Of a stretch of DNA of 64,000 nucleotides, positions 39,288 through 51,575 are shown one piece after another. Positions within the stretch are counted from its first letter, which is position 1. Each line of letters begins with the position of its first letter. The notes beneath the pieces were generated by a model that did no database searches, had not been told where the DNA came from, and saw only the letters and a program-made list of their open reading frames with translations. Source of the DNA: Puccinia triticina. Taxonomy: Eukaryota. A program made the position numbers and the translations under genes. The stretch covers positions 4,712,001-4,776,000 of the forward strand of contig CP110439.1 in the NCBI GenBank assembly GCA_026914245.1. Direction: 5' to 3'.

Positions 39288-40683
39288 ATCCTTCAATCAA
39301 ACATTTTTACGCTCCGCATGTTGTAAAAAACTCTTTCACCTTCATTCCTGTTCAAACTGGAACTTGTGGTTGAATTTATGACCTCTGCCTATTTCTTACT
39401 GCTGTAAAGTAAACCCTAATCAATATGAAAACATCATCCATTGTAGTCTGTCTTACCATCCTGTGATGAAATCTGTCAGCTGGCTACGCAGCACAAGCCA
39501 GCGTAACAGATATAAAATACAAGGCAATAGCCCCCAAATTTGGGGGGTGTGAAATAAAAAATCCATTGAGTCTGCTCAAACTGACTTGGGGAGAGCCTGA
39601 AGGGTTGCAAACTTAGCTAAGTCCCTTTGCCGGAGGGACTTATGTGGTATTGGTGATGAAGGCCTGAGAGAAATGGCTAAAGTAAGAACACCATTTCCAA
39701 CAAATGTTGCAATATCTGCCTTACCTCCAAAGATTTCACCAACTGGATATTATGAAATCCCAGCATCTTGTCTAATTTTTGATACTCTCATAATATCATC
39801 ACATTTCCTTATTCCTTGCTCATAATAGCCCATTGAAGATGAGGGGTTGCAAAAGCCAAGCCTGAGGTCCGTAAAACATCATTGTTAGTGCAACTCCATA
39901 CAATTTCCTTGAGGAAAATTGTAGAAAAACAGGTTTGATTACGCTAACTAGAACCAGAACTAGAGACAATAAAAATTTAGACAAGACAGAAATAAATGAA
40001 AGAAATGCATTTTTGAAGAGATGAAGAGGAAGCATACCGCGATGAGATAAAAATTGAGGTGGGAAAAGAAAAGACTGACTGAAGAACAATAGTTCCAATA
40101 GAGAGAAGTAGTAAACACTGTAAGAAAAGAGAAAGAAAGTTAATGGAGTTGATCTTGAGGACAAGATGGTTTTGAGGATAATTAATTTTCTCACCAAATT
40201 GGAAAAAACCAATTGATGAGTTCAAGAGAGAAATTTGGAGCAGAAAGGATGATTTGAGATGAAGCTGCTGGAGGATTGAGAAGAAACCATTGACAATTTG
40301 AGTTGATGAGGAATGATGTGAGTGAGAGGAGATAGAGAAAAAGAGAGGGAAATAAGCAAGGGATATCTTGAGGAGTGGAATGTTGACTGGATTTGAGCAA
40401 AGGCCAGGTGTTTGAGGCGGAGAGAGAGAAGAGCAATTGCCGTGTGACTATGATTGGGAAGACCATTGAGGATAGGTTCTGAGATTGAGACAAGGCTGTT
40501 AGCCGCAGGGTGGTTCAGGTTGTGGTTGAGCTTTGTCAAGAGTGTGAGAGATGGCCGACTTGTGTTTGTTGAGAGTGGTTTCAGGAGTCCAGGATTGGAA
40601 TGAAGCGGAGCAAAGGTGATGTGTGATGTTGAATGGTTTTGGAGATGTGAGACAGAATAGAAGAGAAGAAAAAGTGGATAAAG

Positions 40684-40891
40684 TGTTGAGCTACTTATGT
40701 TAGTTTCTCATGTTTTTTCTGCTTCCAACATGTCACACACATTTCACTTTCACTTCACATCATGTATGTAGTATACCTGAGGCAGCAGTTGTGGAAGGAC
40801 CTTTCATCATCCTTCCGCGAACCTTGACCACCATCCAAACCCTGTGCCTGCTGTCCTCAGACCCTGCTCTCGCTTAACAGGTTATGAGCCC
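40684..40891 (+). mobile_element. Copia-type 5' LTR with half-tRNA-iMet PBS (truncated element)
   Basis: TGTTG...TTAACA (40684-40879) followed at once by GGTTATGAGCCC, complementary to the initiator tRNA-Met anticodon region. Confidence 0.7.
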
Positions 40892-41874
40892 AGAGCTACC
40901 TGAGCGCTCCTTGCTTACAATAGAGACTTGATGAAGTTGTGAATGCTTACTTTTAATAAGGAATGTGTGAGCCTGAGCCTCTATAGTGGCTACAGGACAC
41001 AAGAAAAGTGGGGGGCACTGGTTGTATTTCTTGGGATAAAGAACTACAAACAGAGAGAAGAGAGAAAGAGAAAGAAAGAGAAGGAGACAGAGAATATAAT
41101 GATCTGGAGGGGGTCTATCTACTCTTTGTAGGAGGATCCTCAAAAGTCTACTTCAATCACCTGGAAAAGTGATAAGGACAGCTGTGCCAGACCAACAAGG
41201 GCTACAGCCTCCGCGCGCACCAAGGAGACGGTGGGGGGACACAGAATAGTAATACTAATCTGCTCTGATTTTTAGACTGAGTCTAGGATTAACAGAGTAA
41301 CCTTTGATCTTGAGAATGGTGGAGGTGAAAGCAATAAAGAGAAGCAATCAAGAGGCAAAGAGAATCACTCTGGATAATCAAGGTTCAAATGAAGAGTATA
41401 CTTACTGTCAATATCCTAGGCGCCTGTGACGGTAGGAGTACTGGGAGCGTGGTATCCTCTTGTAAGGTGATCCTGGGTTATCTACGGCGTGGTTCTGGGT
41501 GGTCTGAAGTCTGTAGATCCTCCTCAGGCAAGGGGGATCCTGACTTCGAAAATTTTCACAGTTTGCTTATGTAATTACATATGTACATGTGGTTTGGCGC
41601 GCCTGGTAGCGCTGACACGTCACAACTGCGCATGCGCGCCACAACTCAAGGACTCAGGGAAGGAGTAGAGTTACAAAGAATTGGTAAGTCGTAACTAGGG
41701 TTAAAATTGCGTGAGGAAACAGAATATGAAGTCAGAACAAGGATATCTCTTAAGATGGAAAAGATATAAAGCAATTCATATGTAAAAGTAGATAAAAGGC
41801 AGACTTTAGGTCAGCTGTGATGACTCTAAGGCTGACATTCCCTACCACCAAAAAGGTTGGATTTCTGTAAGAAA

Positions 41875-44800
41875 TTAAACCATAGGGGTAGACCTCTTCT
41901 CACTTCTGAACTTCCTGAGAAGGATAGCAGAGTCTGGAATGTCCTCCTCTAAGAGCCATTCATCATGGTCAGCACTCATACCCTTGTATCTAGCTAAGTA
42001 CATCATCACATCTCTGTTCTCTACTCTCAATCTTTTCTCTCTGAGAATCTTCTGTATGACTTTATTCTGAGGGGTCTTATCCATGGGGGGAATAACAACT
42101 TTAACCTTCTGTCTCAAGGGGAACTTATCTGGATTGGGGTCTTTGTATGGTTTCACCAAGCTGACAGGAAATGTAGGATGTTTTCTGCTGAACTCTTCAG
42201 TCAGAATCACTTCTACAGCATTCTTCCCATGTAAAGCTTTCACAAAGAATGGTCCAGTGAAGGAGTCTCTCATCTTCTTAGGGCCAGACAGGTTGTTAAA
42301 GTTTGCAGTGGATATTAGGACTTTATCACCAACGTTAAAGCATGGTTCTTTGTGAGTCTTGTCCCATCTCTCTTTGTTGTAGGATGTAGCTTCTGTTTTG
42401 CATTGTTCTGCATGTTTTCTAGCTTTCTCAAAGATTTTCCCATAGGCAAGAGCAGTAGGATGAATGTCTACAGAGTCTTGTTTCAAGAAATTCCTGGGAA
42501 GGTTTGGGATCCAGCCTTTCTCCAGGATGGCAGGAGGTTTTCCAGTAGTTGAATGTATGCTGGTGCAATAAGCTAGCTCAAGGATTGGTAGAAGTGAAAC
42601 CCAGTCATGAGTGTAACCATCATTGTCTTTGAATTCTAGACCATATGCACAAAACCTCCTGATCATGTCTTCAAGTGTTTGGATCATCCTTTCAGCTAAT
42701 CCATCAGTCTGAGGGTGGTAAGCAGTGGAGAAGGAGAGTTTTGTTCCTAGCATGCTATGTAAGCCAGTCCAGAATTCAGATGTGAACTTAGGATCTCTGT
42801 CAGAGATGACGATTCTGGGGATGCCAGTTCTAGGCATTACTCTGTTCCAAAACAGTATGGCAGTGTCCATGGCAGAGTCATCTTTGAAGCAGGGTACAAA
42901 TATTGGGGTCTTAGAGTATTTGTCTACTATTACCAGACAAGCATTGAAACTAGCAGCTCCTCCAGGGGACAAGGATGTTACCCAATCCATGTTAATCACA
43001 TCCCATGGCTTTGAAGGTTCTTCTATTTTCATGAGCAGTCCAAATCTCTTGCCTGTGGCTTTATTTGCTTTCTGGAATCTATCACAGGAAGAGCAGTATT
43101 CACCAGTGTCTTGTCTCCAATTAGCCCACCAAGCAGTATCAGCTACTTTTTCCAAAGTTCTGTCTTCAGAAAGATGACCAGAGTAGACACTTTCATGGCA
43201 TTCATGCAAGATGGTGTTAATGCTGTCTTTATCAGCTAGAACCAGCACAGAATTGTGTTTTTCTCTGAAGTAGATGAGGCCATCAAAAAGTGTAAATCTT
43301 CCTTCATCATATAACTTTCTCCAAGGTTCCTGTAGAGAGTTTTTTAGTTGGGAATCCTTGGCATCCTTCAGCAAAAGCTCAGACAAGATAGTAGTGTTCT
43401 TGTCTTGCTGGTAACCTTCTCTTACTGAGTCAAAGAATTCATTCTTGAAGGTAGAGACATGTATACCCATGATGGGGAACCTATCATCATCTTTATCTTC
43501 TGGGTCATAAGCAGGGTTACTTGGATCATTTGGTAAAGCCCATCTGCTAAGTCCATCAGCATTCTTGTGAATGTTCCCATCTCTGTGGATGATGGTCATA
43601 TTGCCTCTGTATTCCTGGATGGCAATCTGCCACCTGAGCATATGTCTGTTGGGAGTCTTCATGTTCAGCAGAGATCTCAGAGCTGTGCAATCTGTTACAA
43701 CATGAAAGACACTGCCATCCAAGTAGTAATGGAGTTTTTCTAGGGCCCAAACTAGACATAAGCATTCAAGTTGACTAGCACCATATCTTGTTTCACTGTC
43801 CTTCAGTTGTCTGGATATGAAAACAATGGGTCCTTCTTTCCTCACTCCATCAATGACTTGGACTTGGTGTAAAGCAGCACCTAGACCAGTCATGCTAGCA
43901 TCTACATATAGTGTAAAGGGATGGGCCCAGTCTGGGAACAGTAGTAAGGGTGCTGTAGTTAGTTTCTCTTTCAACAAGTTGTATGCCACTATCCTATGAT
44001 GAGTCATCTCATATATGACATCAATCCTTGTGAGCTCAGTAAGAGGTTTTGCTATCTCAGCAAACTTCTCAATATGCTGTCTGTAGTGACCAGCAAAAAC
44101 AAGAAAGGATTTCATTTCCTTCCTGCTACTAGGCACAGGCTTTTGGAGGACAGCAGCTACTTTGTTCTGATCTATTCCTATAGCAATTCCAGAAACAAGA
44201 TGGCCTAGAGCTTTGATCTGGTCAAACCCAAAGTTACACTTCTTCAAGGAGATTTTCATGTTCTTGTTGATGACAACTTTAAGTATCCTGTCTATCCTAG
44301 TCAGGTGTTCCTCCCAAGTATTGGACATAATGATAATATCATCAATGTAGATAATGACCCACTTCTCATCAATTTCTTTTCTGAACTCAATGTCCATCAT
44401 CCTCTGGAAATGAGAGGGGGCATTCTTGATTCCAAAGGGCATTCTCAGGTATTCATATATTCCTTTGTTCATAATGATCCTAAGTAGGTGTCTGGAATCT
44501 TCTGCAATGACATTTTGATGAAAACCTTTGAGTACATCCATGCTAGTCAGAAATTTGGCTTTGGCTAGATTGTTCAGAGTTTCACTGATTTTTGGAATAG
44601 GATATCTGTCTGAAGCAGTGTAGGATAGAGATGGCACTTGGCACCCGCCAGCGGGTACCCGTCACACTTCAGCACATGATTCTATGCACCTGCAGGTGCC
44701 CATGGCGAGTTCCAGGGGTTCCGTTTTAGTAAAAATACATGAATGGAACTGCACGAGTGCAATGGGTACCTGCAAGTGCATAGAATTATGTGCTGAAGTG

Positions 44801-47517
44801 TGGCGGGTACCCGCCGGCGGGTGCCAAGTGCCATCTCTAGTGTAGGAGTTTAGGGCTCTGAAATCTCCTACCATTCTGGACTTCCCATTATGCCAGGCAA
44901 TAATAACAGGAGTGGTGATTTCAACTACTTCATTATGGCCAACTTTCCTCAGAACATTCAGGTTTACTAGCTCTTCAATATGTTGCTCAAGAGCTTCTCT
45001 GCTTTTGGGGCTAGCAGGATAAGAAGGTCTTCTGAGAAGAGGAGGATAAGGCCTTTCAGTTGTTAACTTGAGATGAACTTCATGACCTTTAATGGCACCA
45101 AGAGGTTGGTTGGTGTTAGAGAAAGCAAGTTTGTTATTAAAGAGGACTTCAAATAGCTTCTCTTTCTGCTCAATAGTTAACTTATCACTGAACTTGGCTT
45201 CACAGAGTTCTTCCACAATAAATTGCTGCAGTTGAGGGTGGGACTTCTTTACAGCAGAAATTTCATTGGAAGGACTCATTTTCTCCAGATGATGAGATTT
45301 AAAACTGAATTTCTTCCTCTTGTTTTCATTTCCAATGGTAAAGAATCTCTCTTTGCTGTTAGTGATATCAAAACCATAAAGAGACATGTAATCATTCCCA
45401 AGGATAAGGTAGTTTATTCTTGCATTTTTCATAACTACAAATTCTGCTAGAATTCTAATGGAACCTTTAGTGTGAGGGAAAATTAAAGCCATTTCTATTA
45501 TGCCCATTGGCTGTAACTGATCACTACAGCTATGGAATTTGGCATGATTGATTGGCATGAGCTTGTTCTCCCACTCAGGTATTATAGAATCTAGCAATTT
45601 GTTGCTGATGATTGAAAAAGAAGCTCCACTATCAAGAAGGCATGAGTGCTCTCTGGAATCAATAAGGACAGTAGTAAGATGAGCTTTTCCAGTGAGATGA
45701 GCTTTTCCTCTATCAGGTTTACATTTCATGAGTCTGGCATCCTCTATATGAGAAGACTGGCAGGATTTGTCCCAGGTCTGGGGTTGATGAGTCTCTGCTT
45801 GGATTTCAGCAATGGAGAAGTCTTGGTTTATCTCACATTCTACAGCATGAGCTCCAAAACCAAATTCAACCAAAGGATCATAGTTGCCACCATTTCCATT
45901 GTCCATGGCAAGGATCATGTGGTTGGTTCTATGGTTCTCTTCTTCCTCATCTAGTTCAGATTCAGACTTTTGCTGTTCACCTTGATCTTCTCCATTATCA
46001 CTCTTGGGATCATCATCATCATCCATTCCTACATTATTGATTCTGTTCTTCTTCTTAGGGCATTCCCTGGAGAAGTGGCCAGTTTGTTTGCAGAAATGAC
46101 ATATGAGTTTTTCTTTCTCAGGGGCAGAGACAGGATTCTTTTTGGCAGAGGAGTCAGATGGCTTATCAGCTTTCTCAGGGGCAGGACTGTTTCTCCAATG
46201 GGATCTATTTGGAGTATTATAATTGTTTGACACAGGCTTGTTTCTTTTCATAACTCTGTCTATGACCTCTTCAGCAATTATAACCATGTCTTCAAAGCTC
46301 ATTTCAGTAGCATCTCTCTTGTATCTGCTTTTAACAGCATGCTCAAGGTTTGCAGGGCATTGCTTTAGAATCTTCTCACAAATGAGATACTCACTGAGCT
46401 CAGGTTGGTAAGCTTTCAGTCTTTCTCTTTGGGTACCAAACCATTTATGGATTTTTCTCCCATCATAGGCAAAGTGATCTCCTTCAAACTCTTGTTGCAT
46501 TTTCCATTTCCAGTTCTCAGTACCAAATTTGTTTCTGATGGCATTCTTCCACCAGGCCCAAGACTTGTTCCCACACTTATCTCTAATTCCAAGATACCAA
46601 TTTCTTGCAGTGTCAGTTAGCAGTATTGTCAATCTACTGATTATCATGTTATCAAGCATCAAGTAGTCTCTAACAAGGATGTCTGTGTTCTTAATCCAAA
46701 GCTCATGATTATAGGGTAATTCTCCTGAGAACTTATCCCACTCACTATTCTTTGGTATGCTCTTCCACAGCTCTCTCCTCATGTCATAGTCAATTGGTCC
46801 ATGATCAATATAAGGGAATTCATCATTGGCATTAGGACTATTTTCATTAACAGTTGGCTTATAGGAATTGGCTCTAGTATGATGATGGGAGTCAGGTAAA
46901 GGGGTACTGTCCCAATTAGGAACTGGTCTGTGGGAATCAGAATGCTGGGGATGCTTCTTATGCTCCTGGTTATTTTGCTCTTCCTGCTGGACATTAAGCA
47001 TTGGATTGTTGTAGCTAATATGAGGAGGGTGATCTCTGTTCACAGGTTCTATGAGGGCTTCTAGTCTAGAATTCACACTGTTAACCACAGAAGAAATGTC
47101 ACTGCATCTCCTTTTTACCTGCTCAAATCTGTTATGCTCATTGACTTGAAGGTCACTCATCTGATTCTCAAGGGAAGATAATTTGTTGCTCATTTTATCT
47201 TCCATTGTGGACAGGCTCTTACCAAGTGTATCCATGTTTGATTGGCATTGGGACTCATTTACTAGGATCAAATCTTGGACACTCTCTAGTTTTTCATCAA
47301 TGTGTTTTCTCAGTTGCTCCAATTCAAGGTGGCTCACACTTGATTTTTCTCTGGTATGTTCACTTAGGTGGGACAGGATATAATCAAGCAGAGTGGGCAT
47401 AAATTCCTCTTTAAATATTTCTAGGACAGAATGATTTAAAGCTTCCTTGAAATTGTTCACACATGAGTCTAACAAGATACCAGGAATGGTTTCAACAGTT
47501 CCAGTCAAATCAGACAA
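41875..47517 (-). pseudogene. pol: Gag-Pol polyprotein (Gag, CCHC, protease, RT, RNase H, integrase, chromodomain) split by a MITE
   Basis: CHFCKQTGHFSREC, LLDSGAS, YIDD, DAS, MDWVT/SDRDPKF/AERMIQ, GPF and YLARYKG..DEW motifs. The two ORFs fuse as FRALNSYT|ASDRYPIP after removing 44626-44839 plus one TSD. Confidence 0.95.
44626..44839. mobile_element. 214-bp hAT MITE in the RT domain
   Basis: Long TIRs TAGAGATGGCACTTGGCACCCGCC; perfect 8-bp TSD GTGTAGGA at 44618-44625 and 44840-44847. Confidence 0.96.
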
Positions 47518-47669
47518 AAATTTAGAGAAAAGGACTTGGAGTTTTTCTTCTACTAATAGGGGACCATTATTAGACAGATTGTTGGTTAAGTTGTTAAGGA
47601 AAAATTCTCTGCTAGAGGGGCTAGAGAGATTATCAGAGTCTAGGCTTAAGCCTACAGGAGAATCAGAAT

Positions 47670-49390
47670 TTAGTGAGAATTTCCTCTGCCTCTCCCTCTC
47701 CCTCGTCTGCGGCTCCTGCCGCTGGTGATTCTCATCAGGAACTCTCCTACATTGAGAATCCTGTGAGTTTCCGCTACGCCCTGATCACTGTTCCTCCCGT
47801 ATCCTCTCCAACCTTGCGAAGGGGCTCGGTGCTGTTGGTGCCCGGCTTGACCGCCCCATTGTTGATAATGGGGTTGATGTTGATGGTACTGCGCGTTGTT
47901 GTGATGCTGATACGGGTGGTGGCGCGGAGCTTGGTTCCCACCGTGGTGTATAGAAGCTTGCGGGCGTGTAGCTACTGGCTGCTGCGGCGGCGGCGGAGGG
48001 GCCCTCTGGCCTTGCTGATGCGTATGCGCCTGGGAGTGCTGGTCTGGTTGATGGAGTTGCATAGGCGCCGGCGTAGGAGAGGCTATTGGGAGCCTGTGGT
48101 TGGGGTGCGGCGCCAAAGCCGTGCTCGTCGTGGCAGGGGGAGCTGTCGTGGATGTTGGAGGAGCGTACATCGGCGGGGGTTGCTCTGTTGGAGGTCTGTT
48201 GTACAGAGACCGCTCCAGTTCGTTCAATTCTGCGCGAGGAATCCACTCCTGACATAGGCGCAAAGAATCCTCCCGCCCTACTAACTCCTCGATCAAGTCC
48301 TGCGTGGTCGCGGCTTGAGAGAGAATCATCCGCATGGTCCTCACGTTCTGGGACTCCCTGGCCCTGACAAACAAATCGAATTGGTCGTTGAATAGGTGGA
48401 CTAAACTCGCTATTTCGCTCTCCTCCTGGATGATCTCCATCGGGGCGTGCGTTTCTGCCGGCTGTTGGACCGGTGGTTGGGTCGGAGCAAACGGATGAAG
48501 GGCCAAGTCCGGTGAAGTCCCCGGCCTCAAGCCTTCTTGGTTGGTAGGCTGGGGGGGCTGCGGATTCGTCGTTTGGAAGCTGTCTGGCGGGATCATTTGT
48601 TCCCTCTTGACTGGTCTCGGCACCGGTGTAGACCTGTTCGACGCCAGAGCTAGGGAAGTTTCCCTCGGATTGTAGAGAGCTGGGGGGATTCCCGTGTCCG
48701 GCGGCAAGGTTTCCTCCTGGGGGAATTGAAGAAAATCCTCTCCCAGCGGAGGCAAAGCTGATTCTAGCTCTTCAAAGCCTCTCCTCGGCTGCGGGGCTGA
48801 GTTGGTATTGGAGTCTCTGCTCTGCTGAGAGGTCTCTTCCATTTCTAAGATGGGGAGGCATTTTATGTAGGATTTATTATTAGTTTTTTGTGTTTTTATA
48901 TTTTATTTATTCAGAATAAAAGAAGCAAGGAAATAAAAAAGTAATAAAAATACCTGAAGCTTGAGCTTTAGCGGAAAGTCTGCGGCTTTTGCGCGTAGTA
49001 GAAGAGATTTTCTTCTTCTTTTCCTTAGCTTTGGTCTTAGCTGGAGGTTCAGACGTCCAGTCGGCTATGTTGACAGCGGCGGTGACCTTTTTTCAACGGA
49101 CTTTCGGGTATGTAGTTGTAGCAATGGGCGTCCACAACGTGCTACTAATGAGGTTACCGTTTTGCGGGGTAGCTATAATCCTACTTTCGTAGTCTTCTTC
49201 CTCTGCGCTATCCTACGGCGTTAGGAAAAAATTTGCGGTCACTATCGGCAATTATGCTTCGGAAGGAGAGGAATCTTTTGAGCGTACTCCGATTTTCGAT
49301 ATCTCTTCTTGATTCGACGGTACAGGGGAATCAATGGAGGATAAGTCTGACGAAGGAATAAAAAGGCCCGCGGAGGAGTCACAATTCTGC
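47670..49390 (-). CDS. Accessory ORF upstream of gag (Pro/Gln-rich, helical core, RG-rich tail), apparently spliced
   Basis: 390-aa ORF 47670-48842 is extended in frame by introns 48845-48953 and 49213-49287. One in-frame TGA at 49093-49095; true start not identified. Confidence 0.65.
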
Positions 49391-50725
49391 ACTTTCACAA
49401 GTAGAAGAGACGTAAAAAAAATTTTTCAAGGGTTCAGTTAGGGATTTAACCAATATAGAACCAATTTGAGATAATTTTGAGAGATTTTTAGCGTTAGTAG
49501 TATGTGTAGAAAGAATTTTTTTCTTAATTTTTCGAATTTTTAAGAATTTTTTGTTTAATTTTTTCAGGATGATCAGTCCTTGGCTTTTTAAGCAGTCTAG
49601 AAGTATGAAAAGGGAGGATATTTCCCGATGAGGCCCCCAATTGTGAGCCTGAGCCTCTATAGTGGCTACAGGACACAAGAAAAGTGGGGGGCACTGGTTG
49701 TATTTCTTGGGATAAAGAACTACAAACAGAGAGAAGAGAGAAAGAGAAAGAAAGAGAAGGAGACAGAGAATATAATGATCTGGAGGGGGTCTATCTACTC
49801 CTTGTAGGAGGATCCTCAAAAGTCTACTTGAATCACCTGGAAAAGTGATAAGGACAGCTGTGCCAGACCAACAAGGGCTACAGCCTCCGCGCGCACCAAG
49901 GAGACGGTGGGGGGACACAGAATAGTAATACTAATCTGCTCTGATTTTTAGACTGAGTCTAGGATTAACAGAGTAACCTTTGATCTTGAGAATGGTGGAG
50001 GTGAAAGCAATAAAGAGAAGCAATCAAGAGGCACAGAGAATCACTCTGGATAATCAAGGTTCAAATGAAGAGTATACTTACTGTCAATATCCTAGGCGCC
50101 TGTGACGGTAGGAGTACTGGGAGCGTGGTATCCTCTTGTAAGGTGATCCTGGGTTATCTACGGCGTGGTTCTGGGTGGTCTGAAGTCTGTAGATCCTCCT
50201 CAGGCAAGGGGGATCCTGAATTCGAAAATCTTCACAGTTTGCTTATGTAATTACATATGTACATGTGGTTTGGCGCGCCTGGCAGCGCTGACACGTCACA
50301 ACTGCGCATGCGCGCCACAACTCAAGGACTCAGGGAAGGAGTAGAGTTACAAAGAATTGGTAAGTTGTAACTAGGATTAAAATTGCGTGAGGAAACAGAA
50401 TATGAAGTCAGAACAAGGATATCTCTTAAGATGGAAAAGATATAAAGCAATTCATGTGTAAAAGTAGATAAAAGGCAGACTTTAGGTCAGCTGTGATGAC
50501 TCTAAGGCTGACAGAATGCCCCAGTGGACACGGGTACCGCACCCGTTTTTTTTGCCCAAACCCAACACACGGCACCACATCCAGCACCGCCTGGCGGGTG
50601 CGGCGGGTACTCGTGGCGGGTACCCGCGGATACCTGCCATGTGTGTTCTGGCGAGGCCGGGGGTCTTGAATGCCAGGCTGGAGAGTCCGGCGGCTTTCAG
50701 CAAGGGGCCTCGGTGCGGGCAAGGA

Positions 50726-51545
50726 TGTCAGCCTCAGAGATACATCAAGTATCCAAAAGACTACAATAACTTAGTAAATAATAATAATTAGTGAATTATT
50801 ATTGCAGATTCAGATTCCTCATCATAAATTAAGGGGGGCCACCCAATTAAAGTAACCCCTTATTCCTATTCCTTCAGGTACTAATTGTATAATTAAGAAT
50901 TGGCCCCAGAAAGCGCCCAAAGAAGGATTACATACAAAAAAATTAGTAAAATAAACAAAGTACATAAAATTAAACTACAGTACATTAAAGAGTAGTATTA
51001 CTCGTGTGAAAATATCCCGTGAAAACATTATGTAGTCTTCTACTCAAGCTCTTTCACATGACAATTGGTTATAAACATGTCATGTGACAGAGTCAGGGAA
51101 ATTAGTCTATTATAGTAAAAATAAATTGCCCACAGCCAAGCCTTGTTCACGTCCAAACCTCAGGATACTCCCATAGGGAGAAAAAGACTTAGTGGTTGCG
51201 CCCACTGAAGTCACCTCTATAAATAGAGGCCTATTTGGCCCTCAGGAAAAGATGCCCCAGACCATTCACCGCCCAGAAACTGTAAGTTTGCCGTGAACAT
51301 TCTCCCCTGCTACTACTGTATCCCCTTTTCCTTTTAAAACCACCCTTTGCACGCAAAATCTACTGGATTAAACCCTTTAAATCATCAAAAATCCCTTATT
51401 AGCATATTTAAAGCTTTATCCTTATAAGTAGTTGCTGTAAGACCTCCGCCTCTGTCAAGCAGCCAATCAGTTTAAGCGCTTACCACCTACTTTTACGCCA
51501 AATTAATTCCCTGTAATTAATAATTACATATTATTAATTACATAA
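50726..51545 (+). mobile_element. Partial LTR-like segment of another family
   Basis: Begins TGTCAGCCTCAGAG like the gypsy LTRs; has a TATAAATAG box near 51218; cut by a Helitron end. Confidence 0.4.
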
Positions 51546-51575
51546 CTAGAGGCCCAGGCGGCTACGCCGCTGCAA
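51546..51575 (-). mobile_element. Helitron 3' terminus
   Basis: Minus strand TTGCAGCGGCGTAGCCGCCTGGGCCTCTAG|T. Confidence 0.7.

Larger units (their letters stand above)
40966..50513 (-). mobile_element. Full-length Ty3/gypsy LTR retrotransposon with chromodomain integrase
   Basis: 872-bp LTRs at 40966-41837 and 49642-50513 (about 9 differences by eye); TSD GAATG; PBS TGGGGGCCTCATCGGGA (tRNA-Pro-like) at 49624-49640; PPT TGGTGGTAGGGAA next to 41837. Confidence 0.97.

Noticed and set aside
39820..40650. Hydrophobic minus-strand ORFs as membrane proteins
   Set aside because: They arise from purine/pyrimidine strand bias in CpG-depleted sequence; no coherent gene structure.
44662..44839. C-terminal tail RDGTWHPP.. 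of the 951-aa ORF as a real domain or frameshift site
   Set aside because: It is read-through into the inserted MITE.
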